From the NCBI GenBank assembly GCA_965215045.1, contig OZ244031.1, positions 1,066,626 through 1,130,625 of the forward strand: DNA of 64,000 nucleotides, written 5' to 3'. The translations under genes and the position numbers were made by a program. This stretch comes from Gammaproteobacteria bacterium (GTDB lineage Bacteria; Pseudomonadota; Gammaproteobacteria; JABABF01). The notes beneath the pieces were generated by a model. It searched no databases, was not told the DNA's origin, and was given only the letters and a program-made list of their open reading frames with translations. The stretch's first letter is position 1; every line of letters begins with the position of its first letter. Of the stretch, positions 17,934 through 28,801 are shown one piece after another.

Positions 17934-18971
17934 TCATTGCCAGTCCAGGGTCTCGCCGGCGCACAGCGGTCGCACTTCGGCCGTCCCGCAGGGCAGCGTC
18001 TGTGGCACGCGCCAGGCCTTGTATTGCAACTGCAAGCTGCCACGGTTGCGCGGCAGGCCGTAAAAATCCGCCCCATGGAAAGCGGCAAAGGCTTCGAGCC
18101 GGTGCAGGGCGTCCGCCTGGGCGAAGACCTGGGCATACAGCGGCATGGCGGCGTGCGCCGTGTAACAGCCGGCACAGCCGCAGGCGCTCTCTTTTTCCGT
18201 GCGCAGGTGCGGTGCCGAGTCTGTGCCGAGGAAAAACCGGGGATCTCCGCCGGTCGCCGCCGCCAGCACTGCCCGGCGGTGTTCCTCGCGCTTGAGTACC
18301 GGCAGGCAATAATGGTGGGGGCGGAGGCCCCCCTGCAGCAGATGATTGCGGTTGTAGAGCAGGTGATGGGCGGTGATGGTCGCCGCCACCCCGGGGCGGG
18401 CGGCGCGGACGAAGTCCACGGCCTCGCGGGTGGAGATGTGTTCCAGGATGATTTTCAGTTCCGGGAAACGCGCGACGATCTCCGTGGAAAAACGTTCCAG
18501 GAACAGGCGCTCGCGATCAAAAATATCCACTTCCTCCTCGTGGACTTCGCCGTGCACCGACAGCGGCAGTCCGAGTTTTTGCATGGTCTCGAACACCGGG
18601 TACAGGGGCACCCAGTCGCTGACTCCCTGTTCGGAGTGCGTGGTCACCCCGGCGGGATAGAGTTTGACCACCAGGATCGCCTCGCTGTCGCAGGCGCGGT
18701 GAATTTCCTGCGGACTGAGACCCTCGTGCAGGAACAGGCTCATCTGCGGTTCGAATTCCATCCCCGGCGGCAGGGCGTCCAGGATGCGGCGGCGGTAGTC
18801 CAGGGCCTGCGCGGTCGTAGTTACGGGCGGCTCCAGGTTGGGCATCACCAGGGCGCGGGCAAAGTAGCGCGCGGCATCCGCCACCGTGCGCTCCAGCATG
18901 GGGCCGTCTCGCAGGTGAATATGCCAGTCGTCGGGGCGGGTGAGCGTGAGGCGGTCGGGCGATTGGGGCAT
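17934..18971 (-). CDS. pyrC: dihydroorotase (class II, E. coli type)
   Basis: Start at the internal ATG (M23 of ORF 17934..19037). ...[16 protein letters not shown]... carboxylated-Lys/His metal-site pattern typical of PyrC. Confidence 0.85.
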   Translation of the reverse strand: MPQSPDRLTLTRPDDWHIHLRDGPMLERTVADAARYFARALVMPNLEPPVTTTAQALDYRRRILDALPPGMEFEPQMSLFLHEGLSPQEIHRACDSEAILVVKLYPAGVTTHSEQGVSDWVPLYPVFETMQKLGLPLSVHGEVHEEEVDIFDRERLFLERFSTEIVARFPELKIILEHISTREAVDFVRAARPGVAATITAHHLLYNRNHLLQGGLRPHHYCLPVLKREEHRRAVLAAATGGDPRFFLGTDSAPHLRTEKESACGCAGCYTAHAAMPLYAQVFAQADALHRLEAFAAFHGADFYGLPRNRGSLQLQYKAWRVPQTLPCGTAEVRPLCAGETLDWQ

Positions 18972-19143
18972 GGGCAAATCCGGGCGCAATATAGCACGGC
19001 TGCGCCCGCCACCGCCTGTTCTGCGGCCCCCGATCATGGCGTCCCCGGTGCGGACGGCGCATTTCCCGCGCGCCTTGTCGAGCCGCGACGCCGCGGCGCA
19101 TTGCTATAATCTGCCGCCCTTTTCACACGGAAAAAAGCCGGCG

Positions 19144-20355
19144 ATGAGCGAGATCGACAAAGTGGTGCTGGCCTATTCCGGCGGCCTGGACACCTCGGTG
19201 ATTCTCAAGTGGCTGCAGGAGCAATATCACTGCGAAGTAGCGACTTTCACCGCCGACCTGGGCCAGGGCGAGGACCTGGCACCGGTGCGCGCCAAGGCGC
19301 AGGCCCTGGGTGTCCGGGAAATTCATATCGAGGACCTGCGCGAGGAGTTCGTGCGCGATTTCGTGTTCCCGATGTTTCGCGCCAACGCGCTGTACGAGGG
19401 GGAATACCTGCTGGGCACCGCCATCGCCCGGCCGTTGATCGCCCAGCGGCTGGCCGCACTCGCCCTGGCTGGCGGTGCGGACGCCGTCGCTCACGGTGCC
19501 ACCGGCAAGGGCAACGACCAGTTGCGTTTTGAATTTGGCATCGCCGCCCTGGCACCGCAGCTGCGTTGCATCGCCCCGTGGCGGGAGTGGGCGCTGCATT
19601 CGCGCACCGAACTTTTGCAGTATTGCGCCCAACACGGCATCGAGGTCGAGCACCAACGCGAGGGCGGTGCCCCGTACTCGATGGATGCGAACCTGTTGCA
19701 TATCTCCTACGAGGGCGGCCCCCTGGAAGACCCGGCCACTGCGCCCCCCCAGGATCTGTGGCGTTGGACCGTGGACCCGGCGTCGGCACCGGACCGGGCG
19801 GCGGAGGTGGAGATCGGCTTCCGCGCCGGGGACCCGGTGGCGGTGGACGGCCGGGAGTTGTCCCCGGCGACGCTGCTGGCGCATCTCAATGAACTGGGGG
19901 GTGCCCACGGCATCGGCCGGGCGGACCTCGTCGAGAACCGGTACATCGGTATCAAGTCGCGCGGCTGTTATGAAACCCCGGGTGGCACATTGCTGCTCTG
20001 CGCGCGCCGGGCACTGGAGTCGATCACCCTGGACCGCGAGGTCGCACACCTGAAGGAGAGCCTGATGCCGCGCTACGCCGGGTTGATCTACAACGGCTAC
20101 TGGTGGTCGCCGGAGCGGCGCATGCTGCAGGCGGCCATCGATGAATCCCAGGCGCCGGTCAACGGCCGGGTGCGCCTGTCTCTCTACAAGGGCAATGTGA
20201 GTATCCTGCAACGCCGTTCCGAAGACTCGCTGTTCGATGAACGTATCGCCACCTTCGAAGACGATGCGGGCACCTGGAACCAGGAGGATGCCGCGGGCTT
20301 TATCCGCCTCAATGCCCTGCGCCTGCGCCTGGATGCCCGCCGCCGGAAGCACTGA
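19144..20355 (+). CDS. argG: argininosuccinate synthase
   Basis: Start ATG 19144 (M69 of ORF 18940..20355). [10 protein letters not shown]-loop-like motif; 403 aa. Confidence 0.9.
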   Translation: MSEIDKVVLAYSGGLDTSVILKWLQEQYHCEVATFTADLGQGEDLAPVRAKAQALGVREIHIEDLREEFVRDFVFPMFRANALYEGEYLLGTAIARPLIAQRLAALALAGGADAVAHGATGKGNDQLRFEFGIAALAPQLRCIAPWREWALHSRTELLQYCAQHGIEVEHQREGGAPYSMDANLLHISYEGGPLEDPATAPPQDLWRWTVDPASAPDRAAEVEIGFRAGDPVAVDGRELSPATLLAHLNELGGAHGIGRADLVENRYIGIKSRGCYETPGGTLLLCARRALESITLDREVAHLKESLMPRYAGLIYNGYWWSPERRMLQAAIDESQAPVNGRVRLSLYKGNVSILQRRSEDSLFDERIATFEDDAGTWNQEDAAGFIRLNALRLRLDARRRKH

Positions 20356-20422
20356 GCATTGCGCCTTGCCGTGACGCGCACTCTGCGATGTCAGTGTGCG
20401 CGGCGGTCTGCGGGCGGATGCC

Positions 20423-22900
20423 TCAGCGATCGTGCCACAGGCTGTGTCCGTAGCGTTTGCCGCCCCGGCGGCTGGTGTTGTTGCGCCCTGAGGTCGCGCC
20501 CTCGTAACGGTCGCGGTCGCCGCCGGTATCCAGGAACAGCCCCAGGTTGATCTTCTCCTCGCTCCCGGCGTCCCAGACATTATTGATGCCGTCGACATAA
20601 TAAACATCGCGCCCCCCGCGATCGCTGAACAGGGCGAAGCCGGTGTGGGCGGCACTGCCCACGGAAAAACGCAGTGGCTGGCGTCCGTAGCGATCGTCGC
20701 CGGCGCGGTCTTCGAAAATCGCCGCGGCCAGGTCCCAGGCGGCCCCCAGGATCACGCCGCCAAAGGTGGAGAGATAGCGGTCATCGCCGCCGTCCTCCAG
20801 CATGATGCCCAGGGCGGAATGCGCGGCGCTGCCCTGGCCGTAACGCGCGCCGCGGTAGAGATCGTTGTCATTCCCGAAACTGCGCAGCACGCCCAGACCG
20901 AAAAAATACCCCGTGCCCTGGGCGAAGTTGCCCGCCTCGAGCTGGTCTTCGCCGCCGCCCTCCAGCAGGATGCCGACGCCGCCGGATGCGCGGTGGCGAA
21001 AGCCGATGCCGAGCCCCTGCCCGGAGCCCCGGAACACACCGGGGGTGCGGTAGGAACTCTGGTAGCGTCCGCCGCAGCGATAGTAGTCGTCTCCGCCCAG
21101 GTCCGCCAGCGCGCCGACGCCTTGCGTGAGTCCCACCCCCTGGCCGAAGAGTGCGGCCGCGTACTCGTCATCGCCGGCGAAATCCGCCAGCAGTGCCACG
21201 CCGAACAGGGCACTGCCCTGGACAAAGCGGCCGCCGCTGTAGCGATCGTCTCCCGCCAGGTCGAACAATACGCCGCCGCCGAAGACCGCACTGGCTTGCC
21301 CCAGGTCGCGGCTGCGGTACACATCATCGCCCGCCAGGTCGATCAGCACGCTGTTGCCCAGGATGCTGCCCGCCTGGTGAAAATCATCGGTCGCGCTGTA
21401 TTCATCGTCGCCACGGATGTCGATCACCAGGCTGAGCCCGCGCGCTGCGCCCCCGGCCCGGCCGCGGTACAGATCATCGCCTCCCAGGTCGAGGATCAGG
21501 GCGAAATCGCCGCTGTAGCGGTTGTCGCCGGCACCGCCGATCACGATCCGCCCGGCGGTGCTGTCGCCGGAGTACAGCACCGGCCCCTGCACGCCCGGGG
21601 GGTTCTTCTCCAGCACCGGCCGGGCGTTCCACTCTGCGGCCAGTGCCCGCAGTGACTCCGGTGCTGCCGCCAGGCTCAGCCACAACAGGCTTTGCAGCAG
21701 CAGTTCCCGGTCGACCGCCTCGCCCAGCTCCAGCAGCCTGCGGTGCCGTCTCTGCACGGCGGCCCCCTGGCCGTGGTCGACGTCGTAACTGTGCGCCAGG
21801 CGGTCCAGGAGCTGCGGTGCTTCGCGCCGGACAAAATCTCTCTGTTCTTCATCCAGGGCGGCGAGTGCCTGCTCCCGGGTCTGCTGCGCCCGGTTGAGCA
21901 GCAGGCGCAGCGTGTCCAGGGAAAACTCCCCGTCCGGCAGTTCGGGCACTGCGGGTGGTGCTTGGCCGCGCCAGTGCCGGGCCAGTCCCGCCAGTGCCGG
22001 TGTCAGTGCGCCGTCCTGCAATTGGGCGCGCAAACGCTCGCTGTGCTGTTCGACCACGGGCAGCATTTTCAGCGGGTCGCGGCGCAGGTAGCGCACCAGT
22101 GGCAGGCGCCGCCCGTCATCCCAGCGCTCATCCCGGTCCTGCTGTTCGCTCCACAGCTGGTAGGCTTCTTCCAGCTCGTGTTCGGCGAACAGCGTCTGGC
22201 CCAGTCCTTGGGTCGGGTGGCGCAGTTCCTGGTAGCGGGGAAACAGGGTTTCGTTGTCGGGAATCGACGCCAGCGTGCTGCGCCGCCCCAGGCGCACCGC
22301 CAGGGACAGGGAGCGCAGTCGGCGTTGCACCCGGAAGGACAGGTTCTGCTGGGGCCCCTGCTGGTCCAGCAGTTGCAGCATCTGCTGCCGGTTCTGTACT
22401 TCCAGGGCGCGAGAACCCCGGCGTCCCTTCCACAGCGTCTCATCGCGCAGCAGTTGCAGTTGCAGGGGGTCGCCCTCGCGCTTGTATTCCCGCAGGTATT
22501 CCTGGAAGGCCCGGGTTCCCGTTTCCCTGCGCACCCCGCGACCGTCGTAGCGCAGGATCAGGTCGCCTTCGCGCAGCCCGGCTTCCAGGGCGGCACTGTC
22601 GGGGACCACGCGGTCCACCCGGTAGGCGTGTTCCGCCTCCCGCCCGTACTCTGCCAGCGAGACCACGCGATAGGCCACGCCCAGGAAGGCGGGTTCCCCG
22701 CTGCCGCCGGGGGCGGAGACCGGGACCGGGGCGTGGCAGGCGGTGGCCAGCACCAGCGGCAAGAGTGTCGCCAGCAGACCCGGTCGCCTCGCTCCCCGCG
22801 CGCCGCCCGCTCCCCGCGTGCTGCCCGCTCCCCGCGTGCCACCCGCCCTGCGCGTGCCGCCCGCCCCCTGCGCGCTGCCCGTTCCCCGTGCTCTTTGCAT
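20423..22900 (-). CDS. PDZ-domain lipoprotein with about 12 GDD-containing beta-solenoid-like repeats and an N-terminal Gly/Arg hexapeptide-repeat region; function unknown
   Basis: Start at the MQRARG ATG (22900). Lipoprotein-like signal ...LLATLLPLVLATAC. PDZ-like segment (...GLREGDLILRYDGRGV...). Periodic DLGGDDLYRG / DIRGDDEYSA / DLAGDDVYRS / DLAGDDRYSG / DFAGDDEYAA / DLGGDDYYRC... repeats every 20-22 aa. Confidence 0.55.
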   Translation of the reverse strand: MQRARGTGSAQGAGGTRRAGGTRGAGSTRGAGGARGARRPGLLATLLPLVLATACHAPVPVSAPGGSGEPAFLGVAYRVVSLAEYGREAEHAYRVDRVVPDSAALEAGLREGDLILRYDGRGVRRETGTRAFQEYLREYKREGDPLQLQLLRDETLWKGRRGSRALEVQNRQQMLQLLDQQGPQQNLSFRVQRRLRSLSLAVRLGRRSTLASIPDNETLFPRYQELRHPTQGLGQTLFAEHELEEAYQLWSEQQDRDERWDDGRRLPLVRYLRRDPLKMLPVVEQHSERLRAQLQDGALTPALAGLARHWRGQAPPAVPELPDGEFSLDTLRLLLNRAQQTREQALAALDEEQRDFVRREAPQLLDRLAHSYDVDHGQGAAVQRRHRRLLELGEAVDRELLLQSLLWLSLAAAPESLRALAAEWNARPVLEKNPPGVQGPVLYSGDSTAGRIVIGGAGDNRYSGDFALILDLGGDDLYRGRAGGAARGLSLVIDIRGDDEYSATDDFHQAGSILGNSVLIDLAGDDVYRSRDLGQASAVFGGGVLFDLAGDDRYSGGRFVQGSALFGVALLADFAGDDEYAAALFGQGVGLTQGVGALADLGGDDYYRCGGRYQSSYRTPGVFRGSGQGLGIGFRHRASGGVGILLEGGGEDQLEAGNFAQGTGYFFGLGVLRSFGNDNDLYRGARYGQGSAAHSALGIMLEDGGDDRYLSTFGGVILGAAWDLAAAIFEDRAGDDRYGRQPLRFSVGSAAHTGFALFSDRGGRDVYYVDGINNVWDAGSEEKINLGLFLDTGGDRDRYEGATSGRNNTSRRGGKRYGHSLWHDR
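22791..22893. repeat. about 5.5 tandem 18-bp units (CGCTCCCCGCGTGCTGCC) encoding the Gly/Arg hexapeptide repeats at the N-terminus of the PDZ/beta-solenoid protein
   Basis: Read directly. Translation on the minus strand gives AGGTRR AGGTRG AGSTRG AGGARG. Confidence 0.75.
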
Positions 22901-22972
22901 TTTTCTATCCACGCCCGGCGTTTTTTTGTTATTATCGGCGGGATTTTAAAACACCTTTCCGGGAGACACGAG

Positions 22973-23728
22973 ATGCAAAGACTTAAAGACAAGGTGGCGT
23001 TGATCACTGGCGGTGCCCGCGGACAGGGGGCCGCCGAGAGCCGGTTGTTCGCTGCCGAGGGCGCCCGGGTGGTGGTCGCCGATGTGCTGCAGGACGAGGG
23101 CGAGAAACTGGCGGAGGAATTGGGCGGCGAGGCCTGCTTCATGCCGCTGGACGTCTGCTCAGAAGACAACTGGAACACGGTGGTCGGCGCGCTAGAGGAG
23201 CGTTACGGCCGCCTCGATGTGCTGGTCAACAACGCCGGCATTCTGCGTGTCACTCCCCTGTTGGAAACCTCGCTGGAGGAATACCGGCAGGTGATCGACA
23301 TCAACCAGGTCGGCTGTTTTCTCGGCCTGAAAATCGGCGGTGCCGCCCTCGTCCGCACCGGCGGCGGGGCGATCGTCAACATCTCCTCGGTCGCCGGCTT
23401 GTGGGGGGTGCCCCGTGCGGTGGCCTACACGGCGAGCAAGTTTGCGATCACCGGTATGACCAAGACGGCGGCGATGGAACTGGGCCCCCTGGGGGTGCGG
23501 GTGAATTCGATTCATCCCGGGGCTATCGACACGGTGATGACGCGCGGCGGTCCCTTCGACAACGATGTGGACCTGGACGCCGCCTGTAGCCAGCAGCCGC
23601 TGCCCAGGGTCGGCCAGCCGGAGGACGTCGCGCGCCTGGCACTGTTCCTGGCCTCGGACGAATGCAGTTACAGCACCGGCAGCGAGTTCGTCATCGACGG
23701 CGGGGTGATGGCCGGGGACATGTTCTGA
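22973..23728 (+). CDS. SDR-family oxidoreductase (hydroxysteroid dehydrogenase-like)
   Basis: TGGARGQG cofactor motif, NNAG, and catalytic S...YxxxK (SVAG...YTASK). 251 aa; ATG 22973 preceded by GGGAGA. Confidence 0.8.
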   Translation: MQRLKDKVALITGGARGQGAAESRLFAAEGARVVVADVLQDEGEKLAEELGGEACFMPLDVCSEDNWNTVVGALEERYGRLDVLVNNAGILRVTPLLETSLEEYRQVIDINQVGCFLGLKIGGAALVRTGGGAIVNISSVAGLWGVPRAVAYTASKFAITGMTKTAAMELGPLGVRVNSIHPGAIDTVMTRGGPFDNDVDLDAACSQQPLPRVGQPEDVARLALFLASDECSYSTGSEFVIDGGVMAGDMF

Positions 23729-23745
23729 CCCGCACCGGCGCGGTG

Positions 23746-24441
23746 ATGCGACTGGTTTTGCTGGGGCCGCCCGGCGTCGGCAAGGGCACGCAGGCGCAGG
23801 TGATTTCTGCGCGTTTCAAGCTGCCGAAGATCGCCACCGGCGATATGCTGCGCGAGGCGATCCGCGCCGGGGATGCGCTGGGACGAGAGGCGGCCGCGCA
23901 TGTCGAAGCGGGGCGCCTGGTGCCCGATGATCTGATGATCTCCCTGGTGCATCAACGGCTGCAGCGCGAAGATTGCCGGGCGGGCTTCCTGCTCGACGGC
24001 TTCCCGCGCACCCTGGGGCAGGCAGAGGCCCTGGAGGAAGTCCTGGAGGAGCTGGACATGATGCTGGAGCGCGTGCTGTTGTTCTACATCGGGGACGAGG
24101 AAAAATTGGTGCAGCGGCTCAGCGGGCGCCGGGTGCATCCCGGCTCGGGCCGCAGCTACCACGTGGTTTTCAATCCGCCGCAGCGCGAGGGCCTGGACGA
24201 TGTCACCGGCGAGCCGCTGGTGCAGCGCGAGGACGATGCGGAGGCGACGGTGCGCGAGCGTCTGCGCGTCTACCATGAGCAGACCGAGCCGCTGGTCGAT
24301 TTTTACCGCGAACGCGCGGCCCGGGACGCCGGCATCGAATGCAACACCATCGACAGCGACGCCCCGGTGCAGGAGGTCGAAAGCCGTGTGCGCCGGGCCC
24401 TGGAAGGCGGCGCCGCGGAGCGGGCGCATGGTGCCAGCTGA
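23746..24441 (+). CDS. adk: adenylate kinase
   Basis: MRLVLLGPPGVGKGTQA P-loop; LID and NMP-binding regions; 231 aa. Confidence 0.9.
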   Translation: MRLVLLGPPGVGKGTQAQVISARFKLPKIATGDMLREAIRAGDALGREAAAHVEAGRLVPDDLMISLVHQRLQREDCRAGFLLDGFPRTLGQAEALEEVLEELDMMLERVLLFYIGDEEKLVQRLSGRRVHPGSGRSYHVVFNPPQREGLDDVTGEPLVQREDDAEATVRERLRVYHEQTEPLVDFYRERAARDAGIECNTIDSDAPVQEVESRVRRALEGGAAERAHGAS

Positions 24442-24477
24442 AGCGTCGGCAGCCGTCCCCGCGAGGCCCGACGCATA

Positions 24478-25494
24478 GTGCCGGAGCGGGTGCCGGCGTC
24501 CGCCCCGGCGGAGAAGGCGGCGGTCATCCTGGTCAACCTGGGCACGCCCACTGCCCCGACCCCGGCCGCGGTGCGCGCTTTCCTGCGCCCCTTTCTCAGT
24601 GACCGCCGGGTCATCGACCTGCCGCGCTGGTTCTGGCTGCCGCTGTTGCAGCTGCTGATCCTGCCGCTGCGACCGCAGCGCACGGCGCGCAATTACGCGG
24701 CGATCTGGGAGAAGCAGGGAGCGCCGTTGCGCACCATCAGCGTGCGCCAGGCGCGCGCCCTGGACAAACTGCTGCGCGCAGAAGACATCGCCCTGTGCGC
24801 GCGTCCGGCCGCCACCTACGGCAGACCCTCGCTGGAGGAGGCGGTGTGGGAGGCGGCCTCGCTGGGTGCCGGGCGTTTCCTGGTGATACCGATGTATCCC
24901 CAGTACGCGGGTGCCACGACCGGGGCGATCGTGGACCAGCTGCGGGCACTGCGCTGCAAGAACCCGGAACTGCAGCTGCAACTGCTGCCGGATCATTACG
25001 CGCACCCGCTGTACATAGAGGCCCTGGCACTGCAGCTGCAGAACTACTGGCAGCAGCATGGACGCGCCCGGCGGCTGTTGTTCTCCTTTCACGGCCTGCC
25101 GCAAAAGCGTGTAACCCGGGACGGTGACCCGTACGCCTACCAGTGCCGGCATACCGCGATGCTGCTGGCCGAGGTGCTGGACCTGGGGGAGGACGAGTAC
25201 AGGCTGTGTTTCCAGTCCCGTTTCGGTTTCGCCCCGTGGCTCGCGCCTTATACCGATGTAACACTGCGCGCATGGGGTGCCGGCGGCCTGGAGTCCGTGG
25301 ACGTGTTCTGCCCGGGATTTTCCGCCGACTGCCTGGAGACCCTGGAGGAAATCGCAATCCGCGGCCGCCAGACTTTTGCGGCTGCCGGCGGCGGTGAGTA
25401 CCGCTTTGTACCCTGTCTGAATGACCAGCCCGAGTACATTCGCTGCCTGGCGGCCCTGGTGCGCCGGGCCCTGTTCGCCGCCGACCGCGGTTGA
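24478..25494 (+). CDS. hemH: ferrochelatase
   Basis: ...AVILVNLGTP... N-terminal motif and conserved core; GTG start at 24478 as in the ORF table (exact start uncertain). Confidence 0.8.
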   Translation: MPERVPASAPAEKAAVILVNLGTPTAPTPAAVRAFLRPFLSDRRVIDLPRWFWLPLLQLLILPLRPQRTARNYAAIWEKQGAPLRTISVRQARALDKLLRAEDIALCARPAATYGRPSLEEAVWEAASLGAGRFLVIPMYPQYAGATTGAIVDQLRALRCKNPELQLQLLPDHYAHPLYIEALALQLQNYWQQHGRARRLLFSFHGLPQKRVTRDGDPYAYQCRHTAMLLAEVLDLGEDEYRLCFQSRFGFAPWLAPYTDVTLRAWGAGGLESVDVFCPGFSADCLETLEEIAIRGRQTFAAAGGGEYRFVPCLNDQPEYIRCLAALVRRALFAADRG

Positions 25495-25586
25495 GCAGGG
25501 GACGGGAGATTCCATTCCGCTCGCACGGGTCTTGTGTCGCGCCCCGCCGCCGGTTGTGAGAGCGCGGTGCCCGCCCCCGGGGTGTT

Positions 25587-27050
25587 CTACGATGAACAGC
25601 TGACTTGCAGTTCCCGCCCCCACTCCGGTGGCACCTCGGCGTATTCCTGTGCCCCGGGCTGTTCTGCAAACGGTGCTTGCACCAGGCCCAGCAGGCGGTC
25701 CACCTCCGAGTAATCGCGGTCTTCGACCGCGCGCCGGATCGCCGTGTGCGCCAGGTGATTGCGCAGCACGTAGAGCGGGTTGCAGGCCTGCATCTGCCGG
25801 CACCTGGCCGCCGGGTCCGCCGGCTCGGCGCGCAGCCGGCGGGCGTAGCGTTGCGCCCAGTCGTCGAAAGCGGCGCGGTCGATGAATGCATCGCGCAGTG
25901 CACACCACGGGGACGCCGGCGTGAATTCACACAGTGCGCGCAGGCTGCGATGATAGTCCTGCTTCTCGCGTTCCAGCAGTTTCAGCAGCGCGTCGATTAA
26001 CCCGGCGTCATCGGGGTCTGCGGTCTGCAGACCCAGGCGTTGGCGCATGATCCCCAGCCAGCCGTGATACAAGCGCTCGCCGTACTCGCCCAGGATCTCC
26101 TTCAGGGCTTTTTCTTCGACCAGCGGACTCAGGGCCTGCGCCAGGGCGGCGCAGTTCCACAAGCCGATCGAAGGCTGGCACTTGTAGGCGTAACGCCCGC
26201 CGTGATCGGAGTGGTTGCAGATGAACTCCGGGTCGTATTCATTGAGGAAGCCGAAGGGCCCGTAGTCGATGGTCTCGCCCAGGATGGACATGTTGTCGGT
26301 GTTCATCACCCCGTGAGCGAAGCCCCAGGCCTGCCATTGCCCGATCAGTTCCGCGGTGGCGTGCACCGCGCGCTGAAACAGCAGCCGATGGCGGTCCGCC
26401 TCCGCGCACAGTTCGGGATGGTACTGTTCCAGCGTGTAATCGGCCAGGCGTCGGAGCAGGTCTTCGCGGCGGGTGTAATAAAAGAATTCGAAGTGTCCGA
26501 AACGCACGTGGGTGCGCGCCAGTCGCAGCAGGGTCGCTCCCTGCTCGACTTCTTCGCGGTACACGGGCTCCGTGCTGCCGATGATGCACAGGGCGCGGGT
26601 GCTGGGAATCCCGAGGGCGTGCAGTGCCTCGCTGCAGAGGTATTCGCGGATCGTCGAACGCAGCACCGCGCGGCCATCGCCGAAGCGTGAATAGGGCGTT
26701 TTGCCCGCCCCCTTCAGATGCAGGTCCAGCCGTTCGCCGCTGTCGTTCAGGGTCTCGCCCAGCAACAGGCCGCGGCCGTCGCCCAGGCGCGGCACGTAGA
26801 CACCGAACTGGTGACCGGCGTAGACCTGCGCCACCGGTTCCGCCCCGGGCAGCGGGCGATGCCCGCCGAAGTACAGGGCGAGTTCCGGGCGCTGCAATTC
26901 CCGGTCTTCCAGGCCCAGCAGCGGGGCGGCCGCGGGATTGACGCTGACCGTGTGCGCTCCCAGCAGCGGGGCGGGCGGCTGCGCCGAGTAAAACTCTGCC
27001 GGCAGTCGCGCAAAACTGTTGTCGAAATGCAGGTTTTCAAGACTGTGCAT
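25587..27050 (-). CDS. selO: protein adenylyltransferase SelO (YdiU/UPF0061 family)
   Basis: Start at the internal ATG (MHSLENLHFDNSFARLP, 27050). Kinase-like core with ...DGRAVLRSTIREYLCSEA...GVMNTDNMSILGETIDYGPFGF... Confidence 0.85.
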   Translation of the reverse strand: MHSLENLHFDNSFARLPAEFYSAQPPAPLLGAHTVSVNPAAAPLLGLEDRELQRPELALYFGGHRPLPGAEPVAQVYAGHQFGVYVPRLGDGRGLLLGETLNDSGERLDLHLKGAGKTPYSRFGDGRAVLRSTIREYLCSEALHALGIPSTRALCIIGSTEPVYREEVEQGATLLRLARTHVRFGHFEFFYYTRREDLLRRLADYTLEQYHPELCAEADRHRLLFQRAVHATAELIGQWQAWGFAHGVMNTDNMSILGETIDYGPFGFLNEYDPEFICNHSDHGGRYAYKCQPSIGLWNCAALAQALSPLVEEKALKEILGEYGERLYHGWLGIMRQRLGLQTADPDDAGLIDALLKLLEREKQDYHRSLRALCEFTPASPWCALRDAFIDRAAFDDWAQRYARRLRAEPADPAARCRQMQACNPLYVLRNHLAHTAIRRAVEDRDYSEVDRLLGLVQAPFAEQPGAQEYAEVPPEWGRELQVSCSS

Positions 27051-28773
27051 GGGCGTGTTGCAGGCGTCGGGCCAGCTGTTCTGCGGCCTGGTCCAGCGGC
27101 AGCTTCTCCGGCTGTTCAGCGGCGCGCGCACGGTATTCCACGGTGGGCGGGGACTCCTTGAGACCGCGGGTGCCGATCACCAGGCGGTGCGGAATGCCGA
27201 TCAGCTCGGCGTCGTTGAGCTTGACGCCGGCGCGCTCGGCCCGGTCGTCGTACAGGGTCTCGATGCCGAGTTCCAGGCAGCGGCGGTACAAACTTTCGGC
27301 GGCGTCGCGCACCGCGGGGGCGTCATCCGCCGGGTTCAATGCCACCAGGCTCAACTGGAAGGGTGCCAGTGCCTCCGGCCAGAGAATGCCGGACTGGTCA
27401 TGGTTCTGTTCGATGACGGCGGCGACCGACCGTCCGACACCGATGCCGTAACAGCCCATGTACAGGTTTTGGCGTCCGCCTTTCTCGGCGTCGACGGCAG
27501 CACCCAGGGCGGTGCTGTATTTTTGTCCCAACTGGAAAATGTGTCCGACTTCGATGCCGCGGCGAAGCTGCAACCGTCCGCGCCCATCCGGGCTGGGGTC
27601 GCCCTGCAGGACATTGCGCAGGTCCGCGATTTTCTGCGGCGTGCAATCGCGCCCCCAGTTGACGCCGGCATAATGCCGCCCGGGGACGTTGGCACCGCAG
27701 ACAAAATCGGCCAGCTGCGCGGCATCCCGGTCGACGATCAGCTGCGCCCCCTCCAGTTGCACCGGGCCCAGCACACCGGGGGCGACGCCCAGCAGTTCCC
27801 GCACCCGCTCTTCGCCCAGGAACTGCAGCGGTGCGCGCACTTCCGCAAGGCGCCCCGCCTTGAGCTCGTTGAGACTGTGGTCGCCGCGCAACACCAGGGC
27901 CACCGGCTGTGCATCCGTCCCCTCGACCAGCAGCGTCTTGAGCAGCTGTTCCGGGCGCAGCTGCAGCAGTTCAACCAGTTCCCCGATGCTGGCCGCCGTG
28001 CCGGTCTCTATCTCGCGCAGCGACTCCGTGGCCGGCGGCGGCTCGCCGTCCGGGGCTGCGGCTGCGGCGAGTTCCAGGTTGGAGGCGTAGTCGCCCTCAT
28101 CGCTGAACACGATCGAGTCTTCGCCGGCGTCCGCCAGCGCGTGAAACTCGTGCGACAACTGGCCGCCGATGCTGCCGGAATCTGCGGCGACCATGCGAAA
28201 TTGCAGACCCATGCGCGTGAAGATTTTTTCGTACGCCGCGCGCATGGTCTCGTAACCGCGCTGCAGGCACTCCTCGTCCGCGTGAAAAGAGTAGGCGTCT
28301 TTCATGAGGAACTCGCGGGCGCGCATGACCCCGAAACGGGGCCGCAGCTCGTCCCGGAACTTGGCCTGGACCTGGTACAGGTTCAGGGGCAGGCTGCGGT
28401 AGCTGTCGATTTCGTCTCGCACCAGGGCGGTGACCAGTTCCTCGTGCGTGGGCCCCAGGCAGAAATCGCGCTGCCGACGATCCTTCAGGCGCAGCAATTC
28501 GGGGCCGTACTCTTCCCAGCGCCCGGATTCCCGCCACAGTTCCGCGGGCTGCACCATCGGCATCTGCACTTCCAGGGCACCGGCGCGGTCCATTTCCTCG
28601 CGCACGATCTGCGCCGCCTTGTGCAATACCCGCAGTCCCAGGGGCATCCAGGTGTAGAGGCCGGAGGCCAGGTGGCGCACCATTCCAGAGCGCAGCATCA
28701 GGCGGTGGCTCGCGAGCTCGGCGTCGGCCGGGTCCTCGCGTGCGGTGCGGAGCAGGTACTGGGTGGCGCGCAT
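27037..28773 (-). CDS. proS: proline--tRNA ligase
   Basis: Near-colinear similarity to E. coli ProS from MRxSQYLLxTxxExPADAE... through class II motifs; 578 aa. Confidence 0.9.
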   Translation of the reverse strand: MRATQYLLRTAREDPADAELASHRLMLRSGMVRHLASGLYTWMPLGLRVLHKAAQIVREEMDRAGALEVQMPMVQPAELWRESGRWEEYGPELLRLKDRRQRDFCLGPTHEELVTALVRDEIDSYRSLPLNLYQVQAKFRDELRPRFGVMRAREFLMKDAYSFHADEECLQRGYETMRAAYEKIFTRMGLQFRMVAADSGSIGGQLSHEFHALADAGEDSIVFSDEGDYASNLELAAAAAPDGEPPPATESLREIETGTAASIGELVELLQLRPEQLLKTLLVEGTDAQPVALVLRGDHSLNELKAGRLAEVRAPLQFLGEERVRELLGVAPGVLGPVQLEGAQLIVDRDAAQLADFVCGANVPGRHYAGVNWGRDCTPQKIADLRNVLQGDPSPDGRGRLQLRRGIEVGHIFQLGQKYSTALGAAVDAEKGGRQNLYMGCYGIGVGRSVAAVIEQNHDQSGILWPEALAPFQLSLVALNPADDAPAVRDAAESLYRRCLELGIETLYDDRAERAGVKLNDAELIGIPHRLVIGTRGLKESPPTVEYRARAAEQPEKLPLDQAAEQLARRLQHAHAQS

Positions 28774-28801
28774 CAGATCCTCGAGTCTGGTCGGGCGGCA
28801 A

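Noticed and set aside
20355-20423. Inverted repeat GCGCACTCTG...CAGTGTGCGC between convergent argG and the PDZ-protein gene
   Set aside because: Ordinary bidirectional intrinsic-terminator-like hairpin. Noted but not unusual.
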